Shown here piece after piece: positions 10,642 through 21,081 of a DNA stretch of 64,000 nucleotides. The stretch comes from Candidatus Eremiobacteria bacterium (GTDB lineage Bacteria > Vulcanimicrobiota > Vulcanimicrobiia > Vulcanimicrobiales > Vulcanimicrobiaceae), in contig CAVWUU010000004.1 in assembly GCA_963758295.1 (NCBI GenBank), positions 64,001 to 128,000 of the forward strand, given 5' to 3'. The position numbers and the translations under genes were made by a program. The notes under the pieces are model-generated. The model was given only the letters and a program-made list of their open reading frames with translations. It was not told where the DNA came from and ran no database searches. Numbering within the stretch: position 1 is the first letter of the stretch; every line of letters begins with the position of its first letter.

Positions 10642-11533
10642 CCTTACGCCGGAGACGTCGCTCGTCGACGTCGCAATCGTGCAAAACGCCCCGCGCAAGG
10701 GACGGTATGCCGAAAACCTCGAGCGTTTGACGGAAGCCTTTTCGCAATTGCGCGAGCGGCCGCCGTCGCTAGTGGCCTTGCCCGAGGCGACCACAACGGG
10801 CTATTTTCTAGAGGGCGCCGTCTACGATTTGGCGCTCCCCGCCCAACGCTTTGCCGCCGATCTCACGGCTGCATGGCGCAAGGCTTGTGGTGATGCACCC
10901 GTCGATCTTACGGCCGGGTTCTTCGAAAACAGCGAAGGCACGTATTACAACAGCTCGGTCTACCTGCACGTCGACGGCAAGAACCACCGCATTTTGCACG
11001 TGCACCGGAAGATGTTCTTGCCGACGTACGGCGTCTTCGACGAAGAACGGTTCCTCTCGCGCGGCCGGCGCTTGCAGACCTTCGATACGCGTTTCGGCAA
11101 AGCGGCGATGCTGATTTGCGAAGACATTTGGCATGCCATCATGCCGACGATTGCCGCGATTAAAGGCGCGCGCATCGTGATCGTCCCAAGCGCGTCGCCG
11201 GGACGCGGCATCGAAGGCGAAACCGAACTCACGTCCGTCGCGCGTTGGCGCGAAATTCTTCGCGCGACCGCTGCGGAACACGGAATCTACATCGTTTATG
11301 CCGGCCTCAGTGGATTCGAAGGCGGAAAAGGGATGACGGGATCATCGTGCGTCATCGACCCACGGGGCGATGTGCTGGTGCAGGCGGCGGCACTGGGCGA
11401 GTGTATTCTGCGCGCCACGCTCGACCTGCGAGAAATCGATTTGGCGCGCGCGGGCATCCCGCTGCTCGGCGATTTGGAAGCCGTTCTACCCGATTTGCTC
11501 TCCGACGAGGAGCTTTATGTTCCCCGTTCTTGA
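10625..11533 (+). CDS. Nitrilase-family carbon-nitrogen hydrolase, probable glutaminase subunit of NAD synthetase
   Basis: E-K-C triad (LPEA, HRKMFLPTYGVFDE, LICED); overlaps nadE. Confidence 0.85.
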   Translation: MEPPVNLTPETSLVDVAIVQNAPRKGRYAENLERLTEAFSQLRERPPSLVALPEATTTGYFLEGAVYDLALPAQRFAADLTAAWRKACGDAPVDLTAGFFENSEGTYYNSSVYLHVDGKNHRILHVHRKMFLPTYGVFDEERFLSRGRRLQTFDTRFGKAAMLICEDIWHAIMPTIAAIKGARIVIVPSASPGRGIEGETELTSVARWREILRATAAEHGIYIVYAGLSGFEGGKGMTGSSCVIDPRGDVLVQAAALGECILRATLDLREIDLARAGIPLLGDLEAVLPDLLSDEELYVPRS

Positions 11534-12365
11534 AGCGCCGCGCGAGCGTGTCGAGCTACCCGGCATCAATCCGGCCGTAACCGCGGAGTGGCTCGAAGCG
11601 TTTCTTCGTGAAGAATTGATCGTGCGAAGAAACATGCGCCGCGTGGTGATCGGTCTCTCAGGCGGCGTGGATTCCGCCGTTACGACCTACCTTTGCGCGC
11701 GCGCATTGGGCGCCGAAAACGTTCACACGTTTCGCATGCCGTATAAGACTTCAAGTGCGGCGAGTCTCGAAGACGCGCAGGTCGTCGTAGATGCCCTTAG
11801 CGTGCATTGCCGCACGATCGACATAAGCGGTGCAGTCGACGGCTATCTGCAGCACGAGCCCGATGCCGATGCGCGCCGCCGCGGAAATGTGATGGCCCGC
11901 ACGCGAATGCTGGTGCTTTTCGACCAATCGGCAAAGCTCAACGGGTTGCCGGTCGGTACCGGGAATAAAACCGAACGCCTCCTGGGATATTTCACCTGGC
12001 ACGCGGACGACACGCCGCCGGTTAACCCGCTCGGCGATTTGTTCAAGACGCAAGTGTGGGAACTGGCGCGCTACCTCGGCGTGCCGCCGAAGCTCGTCGA
12101 TAAAGCGCCAAGTGCCGATCTGGAAGCCGATCAGACCGACGAAGGCGACTTGGGCATCACGTACGCGCGCGCCGACGCGATTTTGGCGCAGCTGCTGCTG
12201 GGATACTCCGACGAACAACTGATTGCCCGAGGCTTTGATCCCGGCGATGTGGCGCTCGTGCGCCGGCGCGTTGATTCGACGCATTGGAAGCGGCATTTGC
12301 CGACGACGGCGATGCTCACCAACACCGCGATCAACGAATTCTATTTGCGTCCCGTGGATTTCTGA
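11517..12365 (+). CDS. nadE: NAD+ synthetase, single-domain synthetase subunit
   Basis: SGGVDS, GNVMARTRM, GTGNKTE, KAPSADL; GAGGAG RBS before ATG 11517. Confidence 0.95.
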   Translation: MFPVLEAPRERVELPGINPAVTAEWLEAFLREELIVRRNMRRVVIGLSGGVDSAVTTYLCARALGAENVHTFRMPYKTSSAASLEDAQVVVDALSVHCRTIDISGAVDGYLQHEPDADARRRGNVMARTRMLVLFDQSAKLNGLPVGTGNKTERLLGYFTWHADDTPPVNPLGDLFKTQVWELARYLGVPPKLVDKAPSADLEADQTDEGDLGITYARADAILAQLLLGYSDEQLIARGFDPGDVALVRRRVDSTHWKRHLPTTAMLTNTAINEFYLRPVDF

Positions 12366-12949
12366 TGCGGCTGTTCTACCCGGTTAGTCTCAATCTCGCC
12401 GGCCGCCCGTGCGTGGTGATCGGTGAGAAGAACGATCGGGAGGCGATCGAAAAAACGGCGGCACTGCAAGAAGCCGGCGCCAACGTGCGATGGATTCAGG
12501 ACGTCGCCTCGCTCAACGACGGCGATGTGGTGGACGCGTTCTTCGTGATCTCTACCCCGCAAGACACTGCGCTTTCCGCGCGTTTGCGCAAACTGGCCGA
12601 CGAGCACCGTTTTCTGCTGTGTTGCATCGATCAGCCGAAATACGGATTCGTCGCCATGGCGGCGATCGCAAAAGCGGGGCCCGTGCGCATCGCCATTTCG
12701 ACGGCGGGCTTGGCGCCGCGTGTAGGCAAAGTGTTGAAAGAAGCCTTGCAGGGCGCGATGGATTCGCGCTTTACGCGGTTCATCGAACGACTCGCGAGCG
12801 ATCGTGAACGCGTGCAGCAAAAGCATCCGAGTCCCGAGGAGTCGCCGATCCGGCGCCGTGCGATGCTCGAATTGGCGAAGGGCTTCACCGCCGATGTGCG
12901 CTTTGAATATCCGGCTTGGCTTGCGGAAGAAGACCGTGCCGAGCCTTAA
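12365..12949 (+). CDS. Precorrin-2 dehydrogenase/sirohydrochlorin ferrochelatase (SirC/CysG N-terminal-like)
   Basis: YPVSLNLAGRPCVVIG and IAISTAGLAP; TGATG overlap with nadE. Confidence 0.8.
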   Translation: MRLFYPVSLNLAGRPCVVIGEKNDREAIEKTAALQEAGANVRWIQDVASLNDGDVVDAFFVISTPQDTALSARLRKLADEHRFLLCCIDQPKYGFVAMAAIAKAGPVRIAISTAGLAPRVGKVLKEALQGAMDSRFTRFIERLASDRERVQQKHPSPEESPIRRRAMLELAKGFTADVRFEYPAWLAEEDRAEP

Positions 12950-14182
12950 CGTCGCGTTGCTCGCTGTGGGAACGGAGCTGCTGCTTGGGCAGTTGGCCGA
13001 TACGAATTCATCGTTCGTCGCGGCGCATTTGGCGCAAAACGGCATCGACGTATTTGGGATGGCAGCCGTCGGCGACAATTTGAAGCGAATCTCCGGTGGC
13101 ATGGCGGCGGCGCTGGAACGAGCCGACGGCGTCATTACGACCGGCGGCCTCGGACCCACGGTTGACGACCTTACGAAGGAAGCCGTTTGCGACTTGTTCG
13201 GTGTAGATACGGAACTGCATCGACCGTCGTACGATGCGATGGAACGATTCTTCGCGCAGCTCGGGCGCACGATGCGCGAGAACAACCGCAAACAAGCCGA
13301 AGTACCTTGCGGCAGTCATGTTTTGGAGAACGACGTCGGGACGGCACCGGGGTTTGTTGCGTTTCGGAGCGACGGCAAATTCGTCGCCTGCATGCCGGGC
13401 GTCCCCGTGAAATGCGCCCGATGCTCACCGAACGTCTGATTCCGTTTTTGAGAGACCGTTATCATCTCGAAGATCGGATCGTGACGCGCGTTCTTCACAC
13501 CGTGAATATTGCGGAATCCGAAATCGATCACCGCATTCAAGATTTATTCCGTACCTCGGAGAATCCGAAGATCGCCGTTCTGGCGCACGAGGGGTTGTGC
13601 GACGTGAAGATCATGGCGAAGGCGCGCTCGTCGCATGACGCGGACCCGCTAATTGCGCCTTTGCAGGCGGAAATCGAGGAGCGCTTGCAAGGGCATATCT
13701 TCGGCACGGACGCAGCGTCACTCGAGAGCGCGATTCACAAGCTCTTACAAAATCGCGGAGCTACGATCGGGCTTGCGGAATCGTGTACGGGCGGCCGCCT
13801 CGCTGCGGCATTAACTGCGACACCGGGATCGTCGAAAAGCTTTCTCGGCGCGATCGTCGCGTATGACAACCGCGTGAAGATCGAATCGCTCGGCGTGAGC
13901 GAAGCGACCCTCGCACGCTTCGGAGCCGTAAGTGAAGAGACTGCACTCGAGATGGCGCGGGGCGCGCGTCGCGTGCTCGGAACGACGTGGGCAGTTGCAA
14001 CGACCGGGATCGCCGGGCCGGACGGCGGCTCCGAAGAGAAGCCCGTTGGTCTGGTATGGTTTGCTTTAGACGACGGAGCGCAGGTCATTACGAAAAAATT
14101 CATCTTTCCGGGAGATCGTGGTGCGGTGCAGCGCCGCGCGACGACGGCGGCTCTTGGGTTGATGTGGAAAACGTTGAGCTGA
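12936..14182 (+). CDS. cinA: Competence/damage-inducible protein CinA (MocF domain plus PncC NMN deamidase); frameshift near 13410
   Basis: GTELLLG..DTN, GGLGPTxDD, GTAPG; then AESCTGG, GAVS, TGIAGP. Confidence 0.92.
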
Positions 14183-14250
14183 ACGCCTGGAGCGAACGCC
14201 GGGAGGCCGGCCTGCGTTTCCTGGGTACGAATTCCTTTCAGGAGGTCTGA

Positions 14251-15996
14251 ATGCGACGTAATCTTTCCGGGCCGAGCGCCCTGCTTGCCCTGACGCTACT
14301 GCTTTCCGCGTGCGGTGGCGGCGGTGGCGGCGGAACGCCCGCCACGTCGCCCCCTTCGCCCACCGTTACGGCGACACCGGGCGGCGGCACCGGCGGAAGC
14401 GGCGGCACGGGCGCGGCATTCACCTGCCCTAACTCAGCGACTGACGCGTCGGTTGGTACGGCGCCGGGCGGCGAGGCGACGACGACGGCGTTCCGCAGAA
14501 CCGCGAAGATTACGCCGGCAATGTTGCAGGCGCGTAGCTCGCTACTCGCCGTTACCTACGCCGCTTCCAATTCCCAGGCGGCGAGCGCCATCGAAGGAAA
14601 GGCCCGAGGACTTGGGGCCCAACCGCTGCGCACGTTGACGTTCGACCGAACCAATCTCGCGACGCGCGCGATTGCGGTTAACGCGACGAATCGCGATAGC
14701 ATCGCCGCATCATTGCGGTCGACGCCCGGCGTTATCGGCGTTGCGCCGGTGCAGCGTCGCTTTGCGATGAAGACGAACGCGTACATCACGAGCGACCCAT
14801 TTTTCAAGGGCAACAACACTCCGCCGCTTTACGAGCAAGACGGCGTGACGCCGGGACAATGGGACATGCACGTCGAGCAGTTGGAACACGCTTTTGCGTA
14901 TAGTCAGAGCAGTAACGGCAGCACTTTAGGCGCCAACCCCAACGCGCTTGGTTCTACGACCGTGAAGCTTGCCGTGATCGATACGGGAATGGACGTCACG
15001 CAGAAGGATCTTGCCGACGCGCACGTCGTTCGCACGCAGTGCTTCCTCACCGACACAACCGGGAATCAAAGCACCTCGTCTTTCGTTGCGGATCCCGACG
15101 GTCATGGGACGGACGTCACCGGCATTGCGGCCGCAAAGGTGGGTAACTCGTACGGATTCGCCGGCGACGGCGGCAACGTTTCGCTTCTGCTTTACCGCGT
15201 ATTTCCTAAGCCCGATGCGAGTTGCGGCACGACGACCGCGAATCCGCCCGCGGAATGCACGGCGGACTCATTCGACATTGCGACCGCGATTAACGATGCG
15301 GTCACCAACGGCGCCAACGTCATCAATTTGAGTCTCGGCGGCAACGCTTGCGTCAGCGGCCAAGACCCTGATTCGACGGAAGGTGCCGCAATCGCGAACG
15401 CGATCGCGCACAACGTTATCGTTGTCGCGGCCTCGGGTAACGGTGCGCCGGGGACGACGCCTGTCGGCGCGCCCGCGTGCGATCCCGGCGTCATTGCTGC
15501 CGGCGCGAGCGCGTATAACGACGGTCAACCGAATGCAAGCGGCTTTACATCGGCGACGCGCAAGGAGTACGTGACAAGCTATACCGAGTATGGCAGCGTG
15601 AATTCGCTGCATAGCGCTTCGTCATGGGGCATCGTTGCGCCGGGCGGAGACGGAATCGGCGACTCCGATGCAAACGATAATTTGCACTGGATCGAGAACA
15701 TCTGGACATCAACGCCTTGGGGCACCGCCGATGCCGGCAACTGCGGCACCGATCCATTCGGCGGCGCCGCTGACTGCCGGATAGAGATTGCCGGCACGTC
15801 GATGTCGACGCCGCACGTCGCAGGCGCGGCGGCGCTGATTCTTTCGGTTAATGCTGCGTCGTATGGAACGCCGGCAAAGATGAAAGCGCTGCTGTGCAGC
15901 ACCGCCGACGACATCGGCGATGCGCATCAAGGCTGCGGGCGGTTAAATATCTATCGGGCGATCGCTACCGCGCTGCACGATCCGACGTTGCCGTAG
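14251..15996 (+). CDS. S8 (subtilisin) family serine peptidase, lipoprotein
   Basis: Lipobox LSAC; VIDTG, HGTDV, ASGN, GTSMSTP catalytic motifs; AGGAGG RBS. Confidence 0.92.
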   Translation: MRRNLSGPSALLALTLLLSACGGGGGGGTPATSPPSPTVTATPGGGTGGSGGTGAAFTCPNSATDASVGTAPGGEATTTAFRRTAKITPAMLQARSSLLAVTYAASNSQAASAIEGKARGLGAQPLRTLTFDRTNLATRAIAVNATNRDSIAASLRSTPGVIGVAPVQRRFAMKTNAYITSDPFFKGNNTPPLYEQDGVTPGQWDMHVEQLEHAFAYSQSSNGSTLGANPNALGSTTVKLAVIDTGMDVTQKDLADAHVVRTQCFLTDTTGNQSTSSFVADPDGHGTDVTGIAAAKVGNSYGFAGDGGNVSLLLYRVFPKPDASCGTTTANPPAECTADSFDIATAINDAVTNGANVINLSLGGNACVSGQDPDSTEGAAIANAIAHNVIVVAASGNGAPGTTPVGAPACDPGVIAAGASAYNDGQPNASGFTSATRKEYVTSYTEYGSVNSLHSASSWGIVAPGGDGIGDSDANDNLHWIENIWTSTPWGTADAGNCGTDPFGGAADCRIEIAGTSMSTPHVAGAAALILSVNAASYGTPAKMKALLCSTADDIGDAHQGCGRLNIYRAIATALHDPTLP

Positions 15997-17019
15997 TGTA
16001 GCCGATCGCCTCGAGCACGCGTTGGGTTTCGAGCGCCTCCTGAAATGTCGGGAGGTCGCTCGATCCCGTTTCAATCTGCTTCACAAATTCGTCGTAGAGT
16101 TCCATAAGCAGCGGCACGTTGGGGCTGATGCTTTCGAATTTTGAGTAAGGCGACGGCTTGCAGTCGAGCTCGTTTGTTTCTTCGTCGTCGATCGAGAAGA
16201 GCGTCATATCGGCAATCGTCGTGCCGCTCGCAACTGCGGTACGGTCTTCGCCATGGACGGCGAACGTAAATGACTCGATTGCGGCGGTGGCATCGCACGT
16301 GAGCCGGGCGACCAGACCGTCGCCGTAGTCCACCAGCGCAAATGCGCCGTCATCCACCGTGCTTTCGAACGCGCCGTGTTTATCGTGGCGTGTTCGGTTC
16401 GCCGTGCGAAGCAGGCCGATCGTTCGCTGCGGGGTTGCGTCCCACAGTCCAGGTGGCGCTGTCGATGATGTGGGACAATAACGCACCGGCCAGTCCGCCG
16501 CCCTTGTCTTTTTCGAACCACCAGCCGCGCGCGCGCGTGCCTTCGGCCCGAAGAAATTGCGAGAGGTGTGTTATTTCGATGTCCCGCAAAGGATCGAGAT
16601 GATGGTTCTCCACGAGCTGCTTCAAGGCGGCGCGTTGCGGGACGAACCGGAATTCGTGCGCCACGCCGCACGCCGTGCCGGCGCGCTCCGCCGCCGCGAC
16701 CATCTCTTGCGCTTGAGCGACGTTCAGCGCAAAAGGCTTCTCGCAGATGACGTGCTTCTTCACCTCGAGCGCTGCTAGGACGTCGTCGATGATGCGTGAA
16801 AGGCGGGGACGCGATTACTACCGCATCGAGCTCGCATCCGGCGAGCATTTCTTCGCACGATGTGAACGCGTGCGGAATCTTACGCTCGCGAGCTACTTCG
16901 GCGGCTGAGTTCGGCGAGGCAAGCGCCACCACGTCGAAACGCGGATGGGCGAGCAGTGCCGGCAGATGCGCTTTGACGCCGAAGCCGGCGCCGCTGATGC
17001 CGATGCGAAAAACGTTCAC
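15965..17019 (-). CDS. Gfo/Idh/MocA family oxidoreductase (about two frameshifts)
   Basis: GAGFG and HVICEKP motifs spread over three ORFs; GTGA overlap with the upstream gene. Confidence 0.85.
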
Positions 17020-18299
17020 AAAACCTCTTCCAGAATATCAAGCGCGCGATGGAGTTGCCGTTTGCTCACGACGAGCGGCGGAGTGATCGAAAGGACGTCG
17101 CCGGCCGGTCCGGCCTGCAACATGATGACGCCTTTGAGCAGCGCCCTCTTGACGGTGCGTTCCGCATGTTCGGCGTTGCGCAGTTGAAGGCCCCACATGA
17201 GTCCGCGCCCGCGTGCAGCCACGGCGTCCTTTCGCTGTTGCATCGACGCGAGGCGGCCGCCAAGCTCCTCGCCAAGCTCCCGGGCTCGTTGATAAGCTCC
17301 CGACTGTTGAAGTTCATCGATCGTGGCGAGGGCTGCGGCGCATCCCATCGGATTCCCGAGGTACGTGGACGTGTGGAGTGCTTCGCCGGCGGAGAGCGGC
17401 CACGCGTTCATGACCTCTTCACGAGCGACCGCCGCGCTAATCGGAAATCCCGCGCCCATCGCTTTGCCGATGCAAATGATGTCGGGCGTAACGCCTTCGT
17501 GCTCGCACGCAAACCAGTCACCGGTGCGTCCGAAGCCGGTATAGATCTCGTCGAAAATCAAAAGAATGCCGCGCTCGTCGCAAAACCGTCGCAAGCCCTC
17601 TAAGTAGCCGCGCGGCGGAACGACGCAGCCGCCCCGGCCCTGGATCGGCTCGATGATGACCGCCGCGATAGCTCGTCCGTCACCCACGCGCATGCGCAGC
17701 GTCGCAAGTGCCTGCTCTGCGTCGTCAACGCCGTCGCGCGGATAGTCCAAGAGCAAGGCCGCATCGGAAACCAACGGCGCGAACGGTTCGCTGAACTTTG
17801 GAATGCCGGAAACCGTGAGCGCGCCGAGCGAAAGGCCGTGATAGGCGCCGTTGTATGCGACGAACTTATGTTTCCCGTTGCAAGCACGGCCGTCTTGATC
17901 GCCGCTTCAACGGCTTCGGAGCCGGTCGTCGCGAGAAACGTCTTCGTCAAGCCGGCCGGCAGAATACCCGTGAGGCGTTGCAACAGTCGCGTTCGCACCT
18001 CGCTCGGATGAACGTCGCCCATGCCGTGCATTAACCGGCCGGCTTGTTCGGCGATGGCGGCGACGACGCGTTCGATTCGCGTGGCCTACGTTTGCGACCC
18101 CGAATGCCGACGTGAGATCGATATAGCGGTTCCCGTCTACGTCCACAATCGTAGAACCGGAAGCGGATTCCCAAAAGACCGGGAAATCTTCTGCGACGTA
18201 CGTGACGTTCCGCGATTCATATTGACGCAAAGGAGAGCGAAGCGCTGCGGTGCGCGCGCCCGGCACGTCGCCGTTAATTGACTCCAGTTCGTCGCTCAT
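17016..18299 (-). CDS. Class III PLP aminotransferase (omega-transaminase/GabT-like); frameshifted
   Basis: DVDGNRYIDL, TGSEAVEAAIK, EPIQGRGG, LIFDEIYTGFGRTG, GKAMG (PLP Lys). Confidence 0.9.
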
Positions 18300-19516
18300 G
18301 ATTCTTTCGTGATCCATCGCACGAATTCGGCGATGCGCGGACGTCCGCCGTGCGTTTCACCAAGCGGCGGCCGCTGGAGCTCGCCGAAGCGCGTCAGGCG
18401 AGCGGCACCCATGTCGATCGCCATATTTACAATGTCCTCGCGCTCTGCGGCAATGGCTACCGCTTCGATTGGAAGACGATGCTGGCGCACATACGCGAGC
18501 GCATCGGCTGGACCATCGACTGCATGGATGACGAGCGTCCGCGGAAGAAAGGGCGGCGCTTCTTGGAGCGGTGCATCAAGCACCGCGAGATACGAGGCGC
18601 TTTCGTCGGAAAAGACGGCACCGGTTCCGGAGGCGGAGCGAAACGCCGCAAGGTTTCGGGTGCTCGCGATGCGCGCCGCCATGCCGGCCGTTCTCGCGCC
18701 GGCGGGAAATTCTACCGAAATGCGTTCGACTGCAGAGGCAACGGCTTCTGCGACGGCAGCCGGCTCGAGCGCGCCGCCGCGTTCAACGAACAACGCATGG
18801 AGCGAAAGACAGCCTTCGGTTTCGTAAAGCACGAGATCCCGCGCTGCACCGGCGGTTAAATCCTTTAGGTGGGCCGGGTTCAACGCCTCGCGACCCGCAT
18901 ACCCAATACTCGCCTTTGAACCGAACGGAATGAAACGTGTGGCGGGCCGGAGCGAGCTTTGCACTGCCGTCATGGTCTCGTCAGTGCCGAAAGCGACTAC
19001 GGCGTCGTAGTTGGAAAGGTCGACAGTGGGATCTCCGTGTGCCCAGACCGACGCGCGTGCCGCGTCACGAAACTCGTCCAACTCCTCGCCAAGAGACTCG
19101 AAGAAGGTTCGCACGAGATCGTCCTCACGATCTTTCACGACGACGTCGCACTTTGCGCAAAGCGCAAAAACGGCCGGAACGATCGCAACACCGATCGTAG
19201 TGCGGCTGGAAATTATGCACGCGCGCCCTAGCGGCGCCGCATGTGCGCGCAGCGTATCACCGCGCTCTACGAACCGGTCGAGCGCTTCGATCGTCCCAAG
19301 CTCGCTCTCGATCGTTTGAACCAGCGACGGCCGTGTGATGGAGAAGAAAAGTTGATCCAGCGCATACTCGACTACAGGCAGTGCGTACCCGGTGCGTTCG
19401 ACGATGCGGTCCAGCAAACGCACGCGCGGCGGAAAGTCCGCATCGCTCCAGCGCTCGGCGGCGTCGGCAATCGCCGCAACGATGCGCCGGGCCGGAACTC
19501 CGGCAAGAGCCGTCAT
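18296..19516 (-). CDS. LuxC-like acyl-CoA/acyl-protein reductase
   Basis: VVAFGTDET, FGSKAS, catalytic GCLS; ATG 19516 overlaps the luxE-like stop. Confidence 0.8.
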   Translation of the reverse strand: MTALAGVPARRIVAAIADAAERWSDADFPPRVRLLDRIVERTGYALPVVEYALDQLFFSITRPSLVQTIESELGTIEALDRFVERGDTLRAHAAPLGRACIISSRTTIGVAIVPAVFALCAKCDVVVKDREDDLVRTFFESLGEELDEFRDAARASVWAHGDPTVDLSNYDAVVAFGTDETMTAVQSSLRPATRFIPFGSKASIGYAGREALNPAHLKDLTAGAARDLVLYETEGCLSLHALFVERGGALEPAAVAEAVASAVERISVEFPAGARTAGMAARIASTRNLAAFRSASGTGAVFSDESASYLAVLDAPLQEAPPFLPRTLVIHAVDGPADALAYVRQHRLPIEAVAIAAEREDIVNMAIDMGAARLTRFGELQRPPLGETHGGRPRIAEFVRWITKES

Positions 19517-20609
19517 CGTCGCAATAACTCTTCGGCGTCGAGCGAGCAGCCTCGTAAAGACGCGCCTTGCTCCCGCCCGATGAGCACCAGACCATCGTCG
19601 AACTGTACGCCAAGGTCTTCGGTTTGGATGGCAACGCACGAGGAGCGGTTCGCAAGATCGACATGAACCAGCGCGCCGACCGTTCCGTTCGGAAGGCTTC
19701 GTCCATCCGCGCCGACGACGCGCGGACGCAGCCACGGTGGCGAGCCCTTATACCGGATTGCGCCATTGCGTTGCTGCGTGTCGTAATACTGTGACGTAAG
19801 TTCCGTCATGCCGTATTCGGCGGCGATGATGTCCTGCGGACAGGCAAAGCGTTCGCACAGCTCCGTGTAAAGGGCCGTTCGTTCTACGATGCGAGCCCGG
19901 CCCTTGAACCCGCCGGTTTCCATGATGCGCGAACCGGTGGGGAGCGCAATCGCCAAGTTCCGTTCGCGCAGCGCGTCCAACAGGTGGACGAGCGCAAACG
20001 CCGTCGATGCAATGCAGACCGGCTCATTTCGCGAGGCGGCATCTTGCGCGTCGGCGATGAACGCGTTACTGAAGATCTCGTCGTCTTGCACGAACCAGCC
20101 GGTATTGCCGTCGCCGCGCTTCGCCGAGACCATTGCCATCATGTACCCAAGCGATGACTGCGGGCGGTTCGCCGGATTTGGGACGAGATTCAAATAGCGA
20201 AGGCGCAAACCGTCGGAAAGCATGAAACGATCGAATCCCGCAAGCAATGCCGCATCGTATAATGCCGTCGTCTCCATGTAGTGCCGGCCCCCGACCCCCT
20301 GCGTCGTGCCGCTCGTTTCAAAGGAAAGTGCCGCATGCGAAACGTCGAACGTTGCGAGCTGCGCCTCCTTGTACGCGTCGGTGGGGACGGCCGGAATATC
20401 GTGCCAACTCTTGGGCAGCGACACCGCGGAATAGCCGAAGCTCCCGCGTAGCGCGAGTACGGTTCGTTGTACCGGATCTGATAGGCAAAGACTCGCAGCG
20501 CAAGATCTTCGAACTCGGCTTCTTCGAGCGCGCGGCCCGTGCGGTGCCATCGTTCGATGATTTGCAGGATCTCCGCGTCGAGCGCGCGCGACTCGGATGC
20601 GTAGGTCAC
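19513..20609 (-). CDS. LuxE-like acyl-protein synthetase (frameshift near 20450)
   Basis: FETSGTT, METGGFKG, EYGMTELTSQ, DLAN, TEDLG, C-terminal RGCS. Confidence 0.85.
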
Positions 20610-21081
20610 CGGCGCCGGCTCGTGATGATTCCGGAGTTCAGCCCCGTCGTAGCAAGACCGCCGTTGAAGCGAGCGCTTTCGACTTTCATGCAACGGTCGA
20701 CGACCACGTCGAGCCCGGCCGCGTCGGCAAGGCGAATCGCCTCTTCGTTGATGACGCCGTACTGAAACCAGATGGCTTTAGCGCCGACGGCAATGGACTC
20801 TTGAACGAGCGGCACCACTTCGCTCGGCTTGCGGAACACGTCAACGATGTCCGGTGCTCCGCGTTCGGCCGCATAAGCCGTGAGTGACGGATACGCTGGG
20901 ATTGCCGTCGATAGCTGGAGATCGTCGGATTGATCGCCGCGATTTCGAAATGTCCTTGCGTTCGCAGATAAGAGAAAACCGTGTAACTCGGACGCAATGG
21001 ATTGTTCGAAGCGCCGACGATGGCGACAGCGTGCGATCGATCGAGCAGCGCGCGGCGTTGCGACGGCGTTTCAAGGATCAT
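20606..21081 (-). CDS. CoA-binding protein (YccU-like); frameshifted
   Basis: VAIVGASNNPLRPS, DVFRK, IWFQYG, DRCMK; GGGAG RBS. Confidence 0.88.

Noticed and set aside
18296..20609. Bioluminescence lux operon
   Set aside because: No luxA, luxB, luxD or luxG in the window
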